Assembly: GCA_963842945.1 (NCBI GenBank)
Contig: CAWJIM010000018.1
Coordinates: forward strand, 1 to 64,000
Direction of reading: 5' to 3'
Source of the DNA: an uncultured Gemmatimonadales bacterium
GTDB lineage: Bacteria; Gemmatimonadota; Gemmatimonadetes; Gemmatimonadales; GWC2-71-9
DNA: 64,000 bases
Shown: one piece after another, positions 42,770 to 53,359 of the stretch
How the letters are laid out: each line of letters starts with the position of its first letter
How positions within the stretch are numbered: position 1 is the first letter of the stretch
Notes under the pieces: generated by a model
The model's input: only the letters and a program-made list of their open reading frames with translations
Databases searched by the model: none
Told to the model about the DNA's origin: nothing
Position numbers and translations under genes: made by a program

Positions 42770-43540
42770 GTGACCGTGCTTCGAAACATCGAGCAGAAGA
42801 TCGAGGCGCTTTTCGAGGGCGTCTTCGGCCGCGCGTTCCGTACCAACGTCCAGCCCGTCGAGCTGGCGCGGAAGCTCGCGAAGGAGATGGACGACCACCG
42901 CATGGTCTCGGTCTCGCGCGTGTATGCGCCCAACGAGTACTCGGTCTACCTCTCCCCCGGCGACCGCGAGCAGTTCGACAGCTACGAGGAATCGCTCCTG
43001 AGCGAGCTGCAGGAGTACCTCGCCGAGCACGCGCGCCGCGAGTCGTACGTCCTTCTCAGCTCGCCGAAGGTGCTCCTGAACACCGACTCCGACCTCGAGG
43101 TCGGCGAGTTCGGGATCGCGACGCGCATGGTGCAGCCCGAGCCCGGCCAGGGGCCTTCCGAGCCCTTGCCGGAGGCTCCTCCCGGCGCAACGATGGTCTA
43201 CAAGCCCCAGGGCCCACCGACCGAGGCGGCCACCCCCGGCGAGCTGGGCGTCGTCCCGGAGGTCGTCACGCTCGACGAAAACGGGACCAAGCACGAGATC
43301 GACAAGGTCAGCGTCGTCATCGGCCGCTCGAAGGAGTGCGACATCCGCCTCGCCGACCCCAACGTCTCCAGACGGCACGCCGAGCTGCGGCAAGAGGGAA
43401 CCGCATACTGGATCCTCGATCTCGGCTCGACGAACGGGCTGACGGTCAACGGTCGCCGCCAGCAGCGGGCGAAGCTCGAGAATCGGGACCGGATCACCAT
43501 CGGATCGACCGACCTGGTCTTTCACAGAACGGGCTCATGA
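42770..43540 (+). CDS. fhaA: DUF3662 + FHA domain protein
   Basis: VQPVELARKLAKEMD...APNEY; FHA motifs IGRS, VSRRHA and DLGSTNG. Confidence 0.92.
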   Translation: MTVLRNIEQKIEALFEGVFGRAFRTNVQPVELARKLAKEMDDHRMVSVSRVYAPNEYSVYLSPGDREQFDSYEESLLSELQEYLAEHARRESYVLLSSPKVLLNTDSDLEVGEFGIATRMVQPEPGQGPSEPLPEAPPGATMVYKPQGPPTEAATPGELGVVPEVVTLDENGTKHEIDKVSVVIGRSKECDIRLADPNVSRRHAELRQEGTAYWILDLGSTNGLTVNGRRQQRAKLENRDRITIGSTDLVFHRTGS

Positions 43541-44025
43541 TCGCGGCCTCAGTCGACGTCGAGGGCGCGCTCCTCATCCTCAAGGCCTGCTTCCTCTTCC
43601 TTCTCTATGTCTTCATCTGGCGCATAGTTCGTACCGCCAGCCGTGATCTCCGCCTCCCACAAGAGAGCTTCGTGCTCGGCCCACAGCAAGCCGCAGCCGT
43701 CGGCCTGCAGCCCGAGCCCCAGGTGAACATGGGCCGCCTCGTCGTCCTGAAGAGCACCGCCATCGACGAGAACACCGAGTTCGTGCTCGACTCGGCCGGC
43801 ATCTCGATCGGACGGGGTGGGCCGAACGAGGTCCGGCTCGACGGCGACGACTTCGCATCCGTGCAGCACGCACGCGTGGAGCCGCGGCGCGACGGCGTGT
43901 GGATCGAGGACGTCGGCTCGACGAACGGCACATACGTCAACGGCGTGCGGCTCTCTCGGGCGCGCAAGCTCACGGCCGGCGACCTCGTCCGCGTCGGCGA
44001 GACCGACCTGAGGTTCGAGACATGA
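43537..44025 (+). CDS. fhaB: Membrane-anchored FHA protein
   Basis: N-terminal TM helix; motifs IGR, ASVQHA and DVGSTNGT. Confidence 0.9.
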   Translation: MIAASVDVEGALLILKACFLFLLYVFIWRIVRTASRDLRLPQESFVLGPQQAAAVGLQPEPQVNMGRLVVLKSTAIDENTEFVLDSAGISIGRGGPNEVRLDGDDFASVQHARVEPRRDGVWIEDVGSTNGTYVNGVRLSRARKLTAGDLVRVGETDLRFET

Positions 44026-45032
44026 GCGTGTTCCTCGGCCGAAGCACGGGCCTCTCCCACCCGGGACGCAAGCGGCGCCGCAACGAGGACGCCTGGGTCT
44101 GCCAGCCGCCACTCTTTGCAGTGGCTGACGGCATGGGCGGCGCCCGCGGCGGCGAGATCGCGTCCCGCCTGGCCGCGACCGCACTTGGCGAGAGCGTCGA
44201 CGGAAGCGGCGAGGAGAGGGTGGTCGCGCTCATCCAGAAGGCGAACCAGCACGTCTATGAGCGTGCCCGTGACGATGCAGAGGCCTCCGGGATGGGCACG
44301 ACGATCACCGTCGCGCTCGTCGAGGACGGCGTCGTCGCGATCGGTCACGTGGGCGACTCGCGCGGTTATCTGATCCGCGACCGAAAGGTCGAGCAGCTGA
44401 CCGAGGACCACTCGCTCGTCGCCGAGCTCGTCCGCAGCGGGCGGCTCTCGCCGGAGGAAGCCGATACGCACCCGCAACGGTCGGTCATCACCCGCGCCCT
44501 CGGCACCGATCCCGACGTCGACGTCGACTCCTTCTCGATCGAGGCGAAGGCGGGCGACGTCTTTCTCATCTGCTCGGACGGGCTGACCTCGATGGTCGGA
44601 GACGACACGATCCTCGGCATCGTCGAGCAGAGCCGGGACAACTTCGACGCGATCGCGAAGGAGCTCATCGGAGCGGCGAACGAGAGCGGAGGCGAGGACA
44701 ACATCACCGTCGTCTTCTTCGAGATGACCGACAAGGCGCCCGAGCCCGTGGCCGAGACGAAGACCATGCCGGCAGTCCAGCCGCCCTCCGCCACGGATGC
44801 AGACGAGGACACACTCTCCGGCCTCGAGGGCGTGCCGACCGTGCAGACGATGGTCGTCCCGCCCGACCAGGTGCACTCGGTCGCAGTGGACGGAACGCCA
44901 CCAGCGGCGCCGCCCGTCCCCGAGGAGCCGAAGGAGCGGTTCAGCGTCCGGGCCGCTCGTCTCATCGTCGCGCTCGCGGTCGTCGCCGCCATGGCTCTCC
45001 TCGTGTACTGGCTTCTCGGCCAGAGCAGATGA
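44022..45032 (+). CDS. pstP: PP2C-family Ser/Thr phosphatase
   Basis: Motifs RRRNED, VADGMGG, HVGDSR, CSDGL and GGEDNIT; C-terminal TM helix. Confidence 0.93.
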   Translation: MSVFLGRSTGLSHPGRKRRRNEDAWVCQPPLFAVADGMGGARGGEIASRLAATALGESVDGSGEERVVALIQKANQHVYERARDDAEASGMGTTITVALVEDGVVAIGHVGDSRGYLIRDRKVEQLTEDHSLVAELVRSGRLSPEEADTHPQRSVITRALGTDPDVDVDSFSIEAKAGDVFLICSDGLTSMVGDDTILGIVEQSRDNFDAIAKELIGAANESGGEDNITVVFFEMTDKAPEPVAETKTMPAVQPPSATDADEDTLSGLEGVPTVQTMVVPPDQVHSVAVDGTPPAAPPVPEEPKERFSVRAARLIVALAVVAAMALLVYWLLGQSR

Positions 45033-46312
45033 GCTACCGGAACCGCGAGCTCGTCAACCTCGTCGTCGTCGCAGTCATCACCGGCCTCGGCTTCGCGAGC
45101 GTCTACATCGCGCGCCAGGACATCGTGTCGACCGGGTCGCTCTCCTACGCGCTTTTCTTCTTCGCGATCTTCCTCGTCGCGCACGTAATCGCCCGCGTAG
45201 CCGTGCCGCAGGCAGACCCGTACCTGCTGCCGATGGCTGCGCTCCTGGCGGCGATCGGCGTGACGGAGATCTACCGGCTCGACCCTGACAACGCTTTCCG
45301 GCAGGGCCTCTGGATCGTCGTCGGGGTCGCCGCGTTCGCAGCGACTCTGCTCCTCCTCCGCCACGACTACCGACGCCTCGAGAGCTACAAGTATCTCTTC
45401 GGCCTGACCGCCGTCGCTCTGCTCTTCCTGCCGGCTCTCCCGCTGATCGGCGAGCAGATCAACGGAGCCCGGCTCTGGGTGCGCTTCGGGGGGATCCAGT
45501 TTCAGCCGGGCGAGCTGGCCAAGATCATGTTGATCGTCTTTCTCGCCGGTTACCTGCGCGAGAAGCGCGAGGTGCTCGCCCAGGGGCGCCTGAAGGACTT
45601 CGGCCCGCTCATGGCGATCTGGGGCGCGGCCATGCTCGTGATCGTCCAGACGAACGACCTCGGGAGCGCGCTTCTCTACTACGGGATCTTCCTCGCGATG
45701 CTGTACGTGGCCACTGCGAAGGCCTGGTTCGCGGCCGCAGGCCTCGTCCTGTTCATCGGCGGCTCTTCGCTGCTCTACCAGGTCGTCCCCAGGGTCGAGG
45801 AGCGGGTCTCGATCTGGCTCGACCCCTGGGAGCAGAGTCACGCGGCCGGATACCAGATCGTCCAGTCGCTCTTCTCGATCGGGAACGGGGGCTTCGCAGG
45901 CAAGGGTCTCGGAAAGGGCGTGTTCGCAACGACCAACGGCCGTGACCTGATTCCCCAGCTCAACACCGATTTCATCTACTCGGCGCTCGCGCAAGAGCTC
46001 GGGCTGATCGGATCGGCGGCGCTCGTCCTCGTCTACATGCTGATCTGCCTGCGCGGCTTCCGGATCGCGCTCCTCGCGCAGGACGGCTTCTCCAAGCTGC
46101 TCGCCGTCGGACTGACGTTCGGTTTCGCGCTCCAGACGTTCATCATCGTCGGCGGCGTGCTCCGCCTGATCCCGCTGACCGGGATCACGCTTCCCTTTGT
46201 GAGCTACGGCGGGTCGAGCGTCGTCGCGAACTTCATCCTGCTCGCAGGCCTCCTCCTCATCTCCCATCGAGCGAACTCGTTGAGCCAGATCTCGATGGAG
46301 GGCCGGCCGTGA
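45029..46312 (+). CDS. rodA: SEDS peptidoglycan polymerase (RodA/FtsW family)
   Basis: Motifs QPGELAK, NDLG, TDFIYS and PLTGITLPFVSYGGSS. Confidence 0.94.
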   Translation: MSYRNRELVNLVVVAVITGLGFASVYIARQDIVSTGSLSYALFFFAIFLVAHVIARVAVPQADPYLLPMAALLAAIGVTEIYRLDPDNAFRQGLWIVVGVAAFAATLLLLRHDYRRLESYKYLFGLTAVALLFLPALPLIGEQINGARLWVRFGGIQFQPGELAKIMLIVFLAGYLREKREVLAQGRLKDFGPLMAIWGAAMLVIVQTNDLGSALLYYGIFLAMLYVATAKAWFAAAGLVLFIGGSSLLYQVVPRVEERVSIWLDPWEQSHAAGYQIVQSLFSIGNGGFAGKGLGKGVFATTNGRDLIPQLNTDFIYSALAQELGLIGSAALVLVYMLICLRGFRIALLAQDGFSKLLAVGLTFGFALQTFIIVGGVLRLIPLTGITLPFVSYGGSSVVANFILLAGLLLISHRANSLSQISMEGRP

Positions 46313-47778
46313 ACCGGCAGATCACGCGGATGGCCGTAGTCGGCCTCATCCTGCTCGCGGCGCTCGTCGTCGGCACGACCTACTGGCAGGCCTGGGCCGC
46401 GAGCGGGCTCGCCGACCGGCAGGACAACTCGATCCAGCTCGTCGCCGAGTTCTCGGTGAAGCGCGGAAAGATCTTCGCCGCCGACGGGCGGACCGTGCTC
46501 GCGGACAACGTGAGGCGCAAGGTCGCCGGGCAGACGCTTTTCTTCAGGAAGTACCCGCAGCGCGGGCTCGCGGCGCACATCGTCGGCTACTCGACGCAGG
46601 TTCGCTCCCGGGCGGGCCTCGAAGCCTCGCAGAACGACTTCCTGACGGGCTCGAACACGAACCTGAACACCGTGCTCGACACGACTTTCGACAAGCTCAA
46701 AGGCGCAACGATCAAGGGGAACGACCTCCACCTCACGCTGCGGCCGGAGGCACAGCGAGTCGCTCTGAACGCGCTCGGCGGCAAGTGCGGCGCCGCGGTC
46801 GCAATCGAGCCGCGAACCGGCCGCGTGCTCGTGAGCGTGTCGAGCCCGACTTACGACCCGAACCTGATCGAAGGCAAGTACGACCTCGCCTCGAGATCGA
46901 AGTTCGGCTGCCCACCCCTCCAGAACCGCGCGACCGCAGGCCTCTACACGCCTGGCTCGACGTTCAAGACTGTCACTGCCGCCGCGGCGCTCGACTCCGG
47001 CGAGTTCACGCCGAGCTCGACGTTCAACGACCCCGGCTACTGCATCGAGTACGGAGCGCACGTGAACAACTACGACACCTCGTCCCCGTTCGGCAACGTC
47101 ACGCTCGCAACGGCGATGCAGAACTCGATCAACTCGGTCTTTTGCAACATCGGCCAGGCACTCGGCGGGCTGCGCATCGTCAAGCAGATGAAGGACTTCG
47201 GCTTCTACTCGGTACCGCCGCTCGAGACCCCGGTCAACGAGCGGTCGGTCAGCGGTCTCTACAACAGCAAGAGAAAGCTCGTCGACCCGAAGGAAGAGAG
47301 CCAGATCGATCCCGGGCGGCTCGCGTTCGGCCAGGGCCCCGAAACGGGCGAGCCGCAAACAACGCCGCTGCAGATGGCGATGGTCGCGGCTGCGATCGCG
47401 AACGGCGGCCTAGTCATGCGGCCATACGTCGTCGAGAGGATCACCGCTCCGGACGGGACGGAGGTCACGAAGACGAAGCCCGACATCCTCGGTCGAGCCG
47501 TGAGCGCCAAGACTGCGGCCGAGGTCACCGCGATGATGGAATCGGTCGTCAGCGGCGGAACCGGCACCGCGGCGCAGATTCCGGGCATCTCGGTCGCAGG
47601 CAAGACCGGAACGGCCGAGGGCGGTGTCGCCGGCCGCAACACGACCTCGTTCGTCGCCTTCGCGCCGGCCGACAACCCGAGAGTGGCCGTCGCGGTCTTC
47701 CTCGAGCGCCAGAGCGGCACCGGCGGGACGACAGCGGCCCCGATCGCCAAGGCGATCATGGAGGCGCTGATCCGGTGA
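46309..47778 (+). CDS. pbpA: Class B penicillin-binding protein
   Basis: Active-site motifs STFK, SIN and KTG. Confidence 0.93.
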   Translation: MNRQITRMAVVGLILLAALVVGTTYWQAWAASGLADRQDNSIQLVAEFSVKRGKIFAADGRTVLADNVRRKVAGQTLFFRKYPQRGLAAHIVGYSTQVRSRAGLEASQNDFLTGSNTNLNTVLDTTFDKLKGATIKGNDLHLTLRPEAQRVALNALGGKCGAAVAIEPRTGRVLVSVSSPTYDPNLIEGKYDLASRSKFGCPPLQNRATAGLYTPGSTFKTVTAAAALDSGEFTPSSTFNDPGYCIEYGAHVNNYDTSSPFGNVTLATAMQNSINSVFCNIGQALGGLRIVKQMKDFGFYSVPPLETPVNERSVSGLYNSKRKLVDPKEESQIDPGRLAFGQGPETGEPQTTPLQMAMVAAAIANGGLVMRPYVVERITAPDGTEVTKTKPDILGRAVSAKTAAEVTAMMESVVSGGTGTAAQIPGISVAGKTGTAEGGVAGRNTTSFVAFAPADNPRVAVAVFLERQSGTGGTTAAPIAKAIMEALIR

Positions 47779-47802
47779 GCGCGAACGTACCCTGATTAGG
47801 AC

Positions 47803-48895
47803 ATGGCCTACGTCGACACCCTGATCAACACGCTCTTCGACGGGCGCTACCGGATCGTCCGGAAGCTCGGCTCGGGCGGGATGGCGGACGTCTACCTGGC
47901 CGAGGACGAGGAGCTCGGGCGCCGGGTCGCGGTCAAGATCCTGAACGACCGGCATGCGAACGACGAGTCGTTCGTCGAGCGCTTCCGCAGGGAGGCCAAG
48001 AACGCCGCGGGCCTCTCGCACCCGAACATCGTGTCGATCTACGACCGCGGCGAGGCCGAGGGCACGTACTACATCGCGATGGAGTACCTCGACGGGCGGA
48101 GCCTGAAGGAGCTCGTCGTCGCCCGGGGGCCGCTGCCGACCGGCGATGCGATCCAGTTCACCCGCCAGGTGCTCGGCGCACTTCGCTTCGCCCATCGCAA
48201 GGGCGTCGTCCACCGCGACATCAAGCCGCACAACGTCATGGCCGACGCGGACGGGCGCCTGAAGGTGACCGACTTCGGCATCGCGCGGGCGGGCGTGAGC
48301 CAGATGACCGAGGCGGGCTCGATCATCGGGACGGCGCAGTACCTCTCGCCCGAGCAGGCCCGGGGCGCCGCGGTCGATCAGCGCTCGGACCTGTACTCCG
48401 TCGGGATCCTGCTCTACGAGATGCTGACCGGGACCGTGCCCTTCACGGGCGACTCGCCGGTCGAGATCGCGATGAAGCACCTGTCCGACACGCCGCGGCC
48501 GCCATCGCTCCAGCGCCCCGAGATCCCGCCCGACCTCGACATGGTCGTACTCCGCGCGCTGGCGAAGAACCCCGACGACCGCTTCCAGACCGCCGAGGAG
48601 ATGGACGCAGAGCTCGACCGGGTCGCTCAGGGCGTCGGCGTGACGGCCGAGACGGCGGATGCGGCCACTGCGGTCCTCTCGGGCACGGCGCTTTCGAACG
48701 CCCCGACTGCGGTCGTGCCCCCGCGCCGCCCGCCAGCGGCAGCGCGCCCCTCGTATCGCTACGCCGACCCTCCGGCCCGCCGGCGACCCATCTGGCCGTG
48801 GCTGCTCGCATTGCTCCTCGTCGTGCTCGCCGGCGTCGCCGGCGTCTACGCGTACGGGCAGATCCAGGATTCGCTCGGCAGCTCGGCGACCACGT
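47803..48895 (+). CDS. pknB: Ser/Thr kinase PknB, truncated just after the TM helix (no PASTA domains)
   Basis: Motifs LGSGGMADVY, HRDIKPHN, DFGIAR and GTAQYLSPEQA; the frame runs into unrelated sequence after QIQDSLGSSAT. Confidence 0.92.
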
Positions 48896-48953
48896 CGGGC
48901 TCGTACGCGGCTTTGTCTCGCACCGTGATGTCTACCACCACATATGCCGGCAT
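48895..48953 (-). pseudogene. N-terminal fragment of a DUF1330-like protein, cut at the junction
   Basis: MPAYVVVDITVRDKAAYE with a GAGG ribosome-binding site; similarity ends abruptly. Confidence 0.6.
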
Positions 48954-48982
48954 CGAAGCCTCGGTAATTCGGGGAAGCGGGG

Positions 48983-49438
48983 TCAGGGCCGGGGAGCACC
49001 GATGCCGCGCGCCATGGCCGTTGCTGCGAATACCATGAGGACCACAAGAGCGACCTGAACGTTGCTGATGGTGGCCAGAGTGCCCGCGCCAGCAGTATCC
49101 ACCGGCCGGCCGGCTGCCGCTGCCCGGCGCCACCGCATCAGGGCCATCATGGGCCGGAGCTCAAGGGCGAGGATCAGGAGCAGCAGTCCCATCTTGGTGA
49201 GAAAGACGTGGTTCTGGAGATAGTAGCTGGTGCTCTTTTCCAATCCCCCAAGGAGCCGCCATACCCCGGTGCTGATCCAGAGGGCCGCTGCCCCGCCCCA
49301 CCACGCATCGGCCAAGAAGACGCTCCTCAGGCCTCCGGCGTCGAGCTCGCGACGCAACCCTCGCCCCCGAGCCCACACCGCCCCCAGCCCAATGCCCAGC
49401 GCCAGCAGGTGAAGTGAGGCCAGCACCCAGCGCAGCAT
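48983..49438 (-). CDS. DUF2214-family membrane protein
   Basis: LHLLALGIG...DAWWG...EKSTSYYLQNHVFLTKM...MARGIG. Confidence 0.82.
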   Translation of the reverse strand: MLRWVLASLHLLALGIGLGAVWARGRGLRRELDAGGLRSVFLADAWWGGAAALWISTGVWRLLGGLEKSTSYYLQNHVFLTKMGLLLLILALELRPMMALMRWRRAAAAGRPVDTAGAGTLATISNVQVALVVLMVFAATAMARGIGAPRP

Positions 49439-49873
49439 CACGGACAGACGCTCCATATAGGTGAGCGAACCCGGGCCTTCGGTGAACCCGATCCTGGTGT
49501 AGAGCTCGGCGGCATCCCGGGTCAGCAACGCCACCCGGCGCAGACCCCGAAGATCCGGGTGGGCCAGCATGCACTCCGACAGCCACCGGCCCAGGCCGCG
49601 TCCGCGGTAACTGGCCAAGATTACCACGTCGGTCCAGTAGGCGTAGGTAGCCAGGTCCGAAACGGCTCGTCCGAAGCCCGCCAGGATCGGCCCATCCAGA
49701 AGGGCAAAGCAGACGGAGTTCTGGATGGCCCGCGCCAGGACCTCACGCTTCATCTCGCGGGCCCAGAAGGTCGTTCTGAGCAGTTCCAGGGCGGAATCGG
49801 GATCGATGCGCCGACGGTCAGTGGTGATGACCAGCCCGTCGCGCCGGTATTCCACGGGGGCGTCAGCCAGCAT
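49439..49873 (-). CDS. GNAT acetyltransferase (appears fused in frame to the next gene, probably through an indel)
   Basis: ITTDRRRID...FWA...GFGRAVSDLATYAYWTDVVI...YRGRGLG...LLTRDAAELY. Confidence 0.82.
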
Positions 49874-49898
49874 GGGGGAACCGGCTCCGATGGCTACC

Positions 49899-50345
49899 TC
49901 AGGCCCGGTGATCCGATACCGGAGCGGCGCCCCGCCAGCGGCGCCAGAGCAGGAGCAGCATGGCCAGCAGGTTGGCCCCGGCAAGGCCGGCGCCGATCAG
50001 GATCATTCCTCGGGCCACGGCTCGAAGCAGGCCCAGCTCGCGGACATCCATCACGCCGAGGAGGACTCTGGCGGTGAGAAACGCGGCCGCTCCGGAGAAC
50101 AGGAGGAGTTGCAGCAGAAGCAGCGGGCGGTACCCCATGCCCGCGTAGAGCCAATAGAGGGCCAGGGCCACCAGCATCCAGGCCAGCAATCCGGTTCGAG
50201 TTCCATGCCCCAGCGGAAGCTCACGCAGCAGAGGTACCACCAGGAGAGCGAGTGCCACCAGCATCAGGAGCAGCCTCCAGCTGGCCCGCCATAGCTCTCG
50301 GGGTGACGCGTCTTCCGCGGTATGCAGATTCGGCTCCTGATCCAC
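49899..50345 (-). CDS. Hypothetical membrane protein (about 4 TM helices)
   Basis: Hydrophobic ORF with an upstream GAGG. Confidence 0.65.
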   Translation of the reverse strand: MDQEPNLHTAEDASPRELWRASWRLLLMLVALALLVVPLLRELPLGHGTRTGLLAWMLVALALYWLYAGMGYRPLLLLQLLLFSGAAAFLTARVLLGVMDVRELGLLRAVARGMILIGAGLAGANLLAMLLLLWRRWRGAAPVSDHRA

Positions 50346-50444
50346 TATGCCTCGCTGGTCATGGCAGGTTCATTTTACGCTTCAAGAGTCACCAGGGGAA
50401 CGGGCGGCTAAGGCTGGACCGATCGTCTGGCGATACTTTAACCG

Positions 50445-52316
50445 ATGACCTCACCCCGTCCTGAGCCCGGAACAGCCCGCGAACGGATCCGCACCGTGAT
50501 CGTGGACGATCACGATCAGGTTGGGCTGCTGGTCGCCCGGCGCATCGCCGATCTTATTCAGGCCCGGCACCGGGCGGGAGCCCGCGCGGTGCTCGGTCTG
50601 GCCACCGGATCTACCCCTGTAGGAGTCTACCGCGAGCTCATTCGGATGCACCAGCAGGAAGGCTTGAGCTTTGCGGACGTGGTCACCTTCAATCTGGACG
50701 AGTACTACCCCATGGACCCGGGCAGCATCCATTCCTATCACCGGTTCATGTGGGAAAATCTTTTCGCTCACCTGGATATTCTGCCCCACAACGTTCACCT
50801 GCCCCGGGGGGACGTCCCGCGGGATGCGGTGGAAGATGAGTGCCGTTGCTACGAAGAGAAGATCCGGGCGGCCGGCGGAATCGATCTGCAGATTCTGGGA
50901 ATTGGGCGGACCGGTCACATCGGCTTCAATGAGCCCGGCTCCGGCGCGGAGAGCCGCACTCGGCTGGTGACCCTGGACCTGATAACCCGGAAAGACACGG
51001 CAGCCGATTTCTTCGGAGAGGAGAACGTACCTCGAGAAGCCCTGACCATGGGAGTGGAGACCATCTTCGAGGCACGAGAGATCCTGATTCTCGCCACTGG
51101 TGAGCACAAGTCCGCCATCGTGCGCCGGGCGGTCGAGGGAGAAGTGGACCACGAGGTGGCCGCGACTTTCCTCCAGAACCACGGCAATACCACCTGCTAC
51201 CTCGATCGCGCGGCGGCGGCGGAGCTCACCCGGGTGGCGACACCCTGGCTACTGGGGCCGGTTGAGTGGACGCCGGCGGGGGTGGTCCGGGCCGTCGTCT
51301 GGCTTTCGCATCAGACCGGAAAGGCCATCCTGAAGCTGACGCAGCGGGATTACGCCGAGCACCATCTGTCTTCCCTGGTGGCTCGCTACGGCACGCCCGG
51401 CTCTTTGAATGGTGAGGTATTCAACGCCCTCGGGGCCAAGATCCGGGGACGCTCCAAGCTGCCCCGCCACAGCCGCATCATCTGTTTCTCCCCCCATCCC
51501 GACGACGACGTGATCTCCATGGGAGGCATTCTCCACAAGCTCGCCGTCAACGGGAACCAGCTGACAGTGGCCTACATGACCAGTGGCAATCTGGCGGTGT
51601 TCGACCACGACGTTCGGCGCCATCTGGACTTCATCCGGCGGCTGGCCGGTGAGCGCCACCTGCCCGACGCCGCCGCGCTGGAGCTGGAGCGCCGGATCAC
51701 CGAGTTTCTGGCCCGCAAGCGGCCGGGCGATGTGGACATTCCCGAGGTGCAGGACGCCAAGCGCCTGATTCGAGAGTCCGAGGCCGTGGCCGGCATCCGC
51801 ACGCTTGGGCTGGAGGATCATGCAGCCCGATTCCTGGATCTGCCCTTCTATCAGACCGGCAAGGTGAAGAAGGATCCGATCGGACCGGAGGACATCACCA
51901 TCGTGCGGAACCTCCTGGAGGAGATTCGGCCCGAGCTGGTCTTCGTGGCGGGAGATCTCTCCGATCCTCACGGAACCCACCGGCTCTGCAAAGAGGCGGT
52001 CGAGCGCGCGCTGGAGCTCTATGTCCAGGGCGGCGGCAAACGGCCCGATGTGTGGCTCTATCGGGGAGCCTGGCAGGAGTGGTCGGTCACCGAAGCAACC
52101 TGGCTGGTCCCGCTGTCTCAGGAAGAGCTGCGGCTCAAGATCCAGGCAATCTTCAAGCATCAATCACAGAAGGACACTGCCCCGTTTCCCGGACCGGATG
52201 AGCGGGAGTTCTGGCAGACGGGTCGAAGCCCGCAATAAGAACACTGCCGCGGAGCTCGACCGGCTGGGCTCTGGCCGAATATTTCGCCATGGAGGCCTAT
52301 GTAGTCGCCCCGTGAC
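50445..52316 (+). CDS. nagB: Long glucosamine-6-phosphate deaminase with a C-terminal PIG-L-like domain; indels at 52220-52270
   Basis: Motifs GLATGSTP, FNLDEY, GIGRTGHIGFNEPGS, SPHPDDD, DPHGTH and HQSQ. Confidence 0.93.
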
Positions 52317-52380
52317 CGACCTCACCTCGAGCGTTGCTGCCAATGACTAGGGTAAATCAGGTCAAATCATCGAGGGTTAG

Positions 52381-53013
52381 GTGTCGCGTCACGTTCCATC
52401 GCTGCTGCTCCTGCTGCTCCTCTCAACTCCGCTGAGCGGGGTTGCCTCCCAGTCCACCTCAGCCCGACCAGTCGTAACCATCACCCCCACCGCCGGCCCC
52501 TTCGACTTCGGCGACTATTTCACCGGACCGGTCGGAGTGACCTTTTCCAATCAGGGTGCCCCAGGATACGGCGGAGAGCTTTCGGTTCGGGTCTGGAAAG
52601 GCGTGAGCGTGCTCGGCTCCGTGCTGCACGCGAGCTCGAACTGGAGCTTCGACGACATTCCCCTGCTGGGAAGGGTAACCGTCGAGGGAGCAAGCCTCTG
52701 GTTCTATGACCTCGGAGTGAGGGGCCAGGCCCGGCTGGCCAGCTCGAGTCCGCTCTCCGCCTTTGCTCAGCTGGGCGCCGGTGCCATCCACTATTCGGTA
52801 GACAATCCGCTGTTCTCCGGCAGTGCCTTCAACGTCACCTTTTCGGGGGGAGTGGGCCTGATCGCCAACCTGGGCGAGCGATTCACCCTCCAAGGCCTGG
52901 TGAAGGACTACTACGCATCATTCCGGAGTGTGGATGACGCCGCGGCATATGGAGTTGAAGGCCAGCGGGCGCACACGCTGGCCCTGCTCTTCGGACTGGG
53001 CATTGGGTTGTGA
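52381..53013 (+). CDS. Putative outer-membrane beta-barrel protein
   Basis: Signal peptide; alternating amphipathic strands. Confidence 0.65.
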   Translation: MSRHVPSLLLLLLLSTPLSGVASQSTSARPVVTITPTAGPFDFGDYFTGPVGVTFSNQGAPGYGGELSVRVWKGVSVLGSVLHASSNWSFDDIPLLGRVTVEGASLWFYDLGVRGQARLASSSPLSAFAQLGAGAIHYSVDNPLFSGSAFNVTFSGGVGLIANLGERFTLQGLVKDYYASFRSVDDAAAYGVEGQRAHTLALLFGLGIGL

Positions 53014-53025
53014 CCCAGCTCGGCG

Positions 53026-53346
53026 TCAGGCAGTGTCGAGCACACGGTAGACCACCCAGTGTTGAGACCCCGGAACCACGAACGGCGCCAGCGCATCCGA
53101 GTGACTTCGGAACTGGGGTGCCGCCATACCCGCCAGGGCGAGCTCGAAATCGGCCAGTGACTCGAACCAGTACTCGTCGACTACGTGCGATGCGGACGGA
53201 CCAATCATTCCAGCCAGGAGCCGGGTGCCTTTTGCCCGCTTGAACTCCGAGCTGGCGAACTTCTCCTTACCCCACGCCCGCATCACTCGAACCGCATCCG
53301 CCTGCTTGCCGTAGAGAATGTCGAGATGCCACTGACACACGAACAT
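53026..53346 (-). CDS. Small hypothetical protein (dimeric alpha/beta-barrel-like)
   Basis: Clean ORF with GGAG; FESLADFE motif. Confidence 0.65.
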   Translation of the reverse strand: MFVCQWHLDILYGKQADAVRVMRAWGKEKFASSEFKRAKGTRLLAGMIGPSASHVVDEYWFESLADFELALAGMAAPQFRSHSDALAPFVVPGSQHWVVYRVLDTA

Positions 53347-53359
53347 TGATCTGCTCCGA

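Noticed and set aside
48983..49984. GNAT-DUF2214 fusion
   Set aside because: The junction reads CCGTGATG, a typical TGATG stop/start overlap offset by one base, so an indel is more likely.
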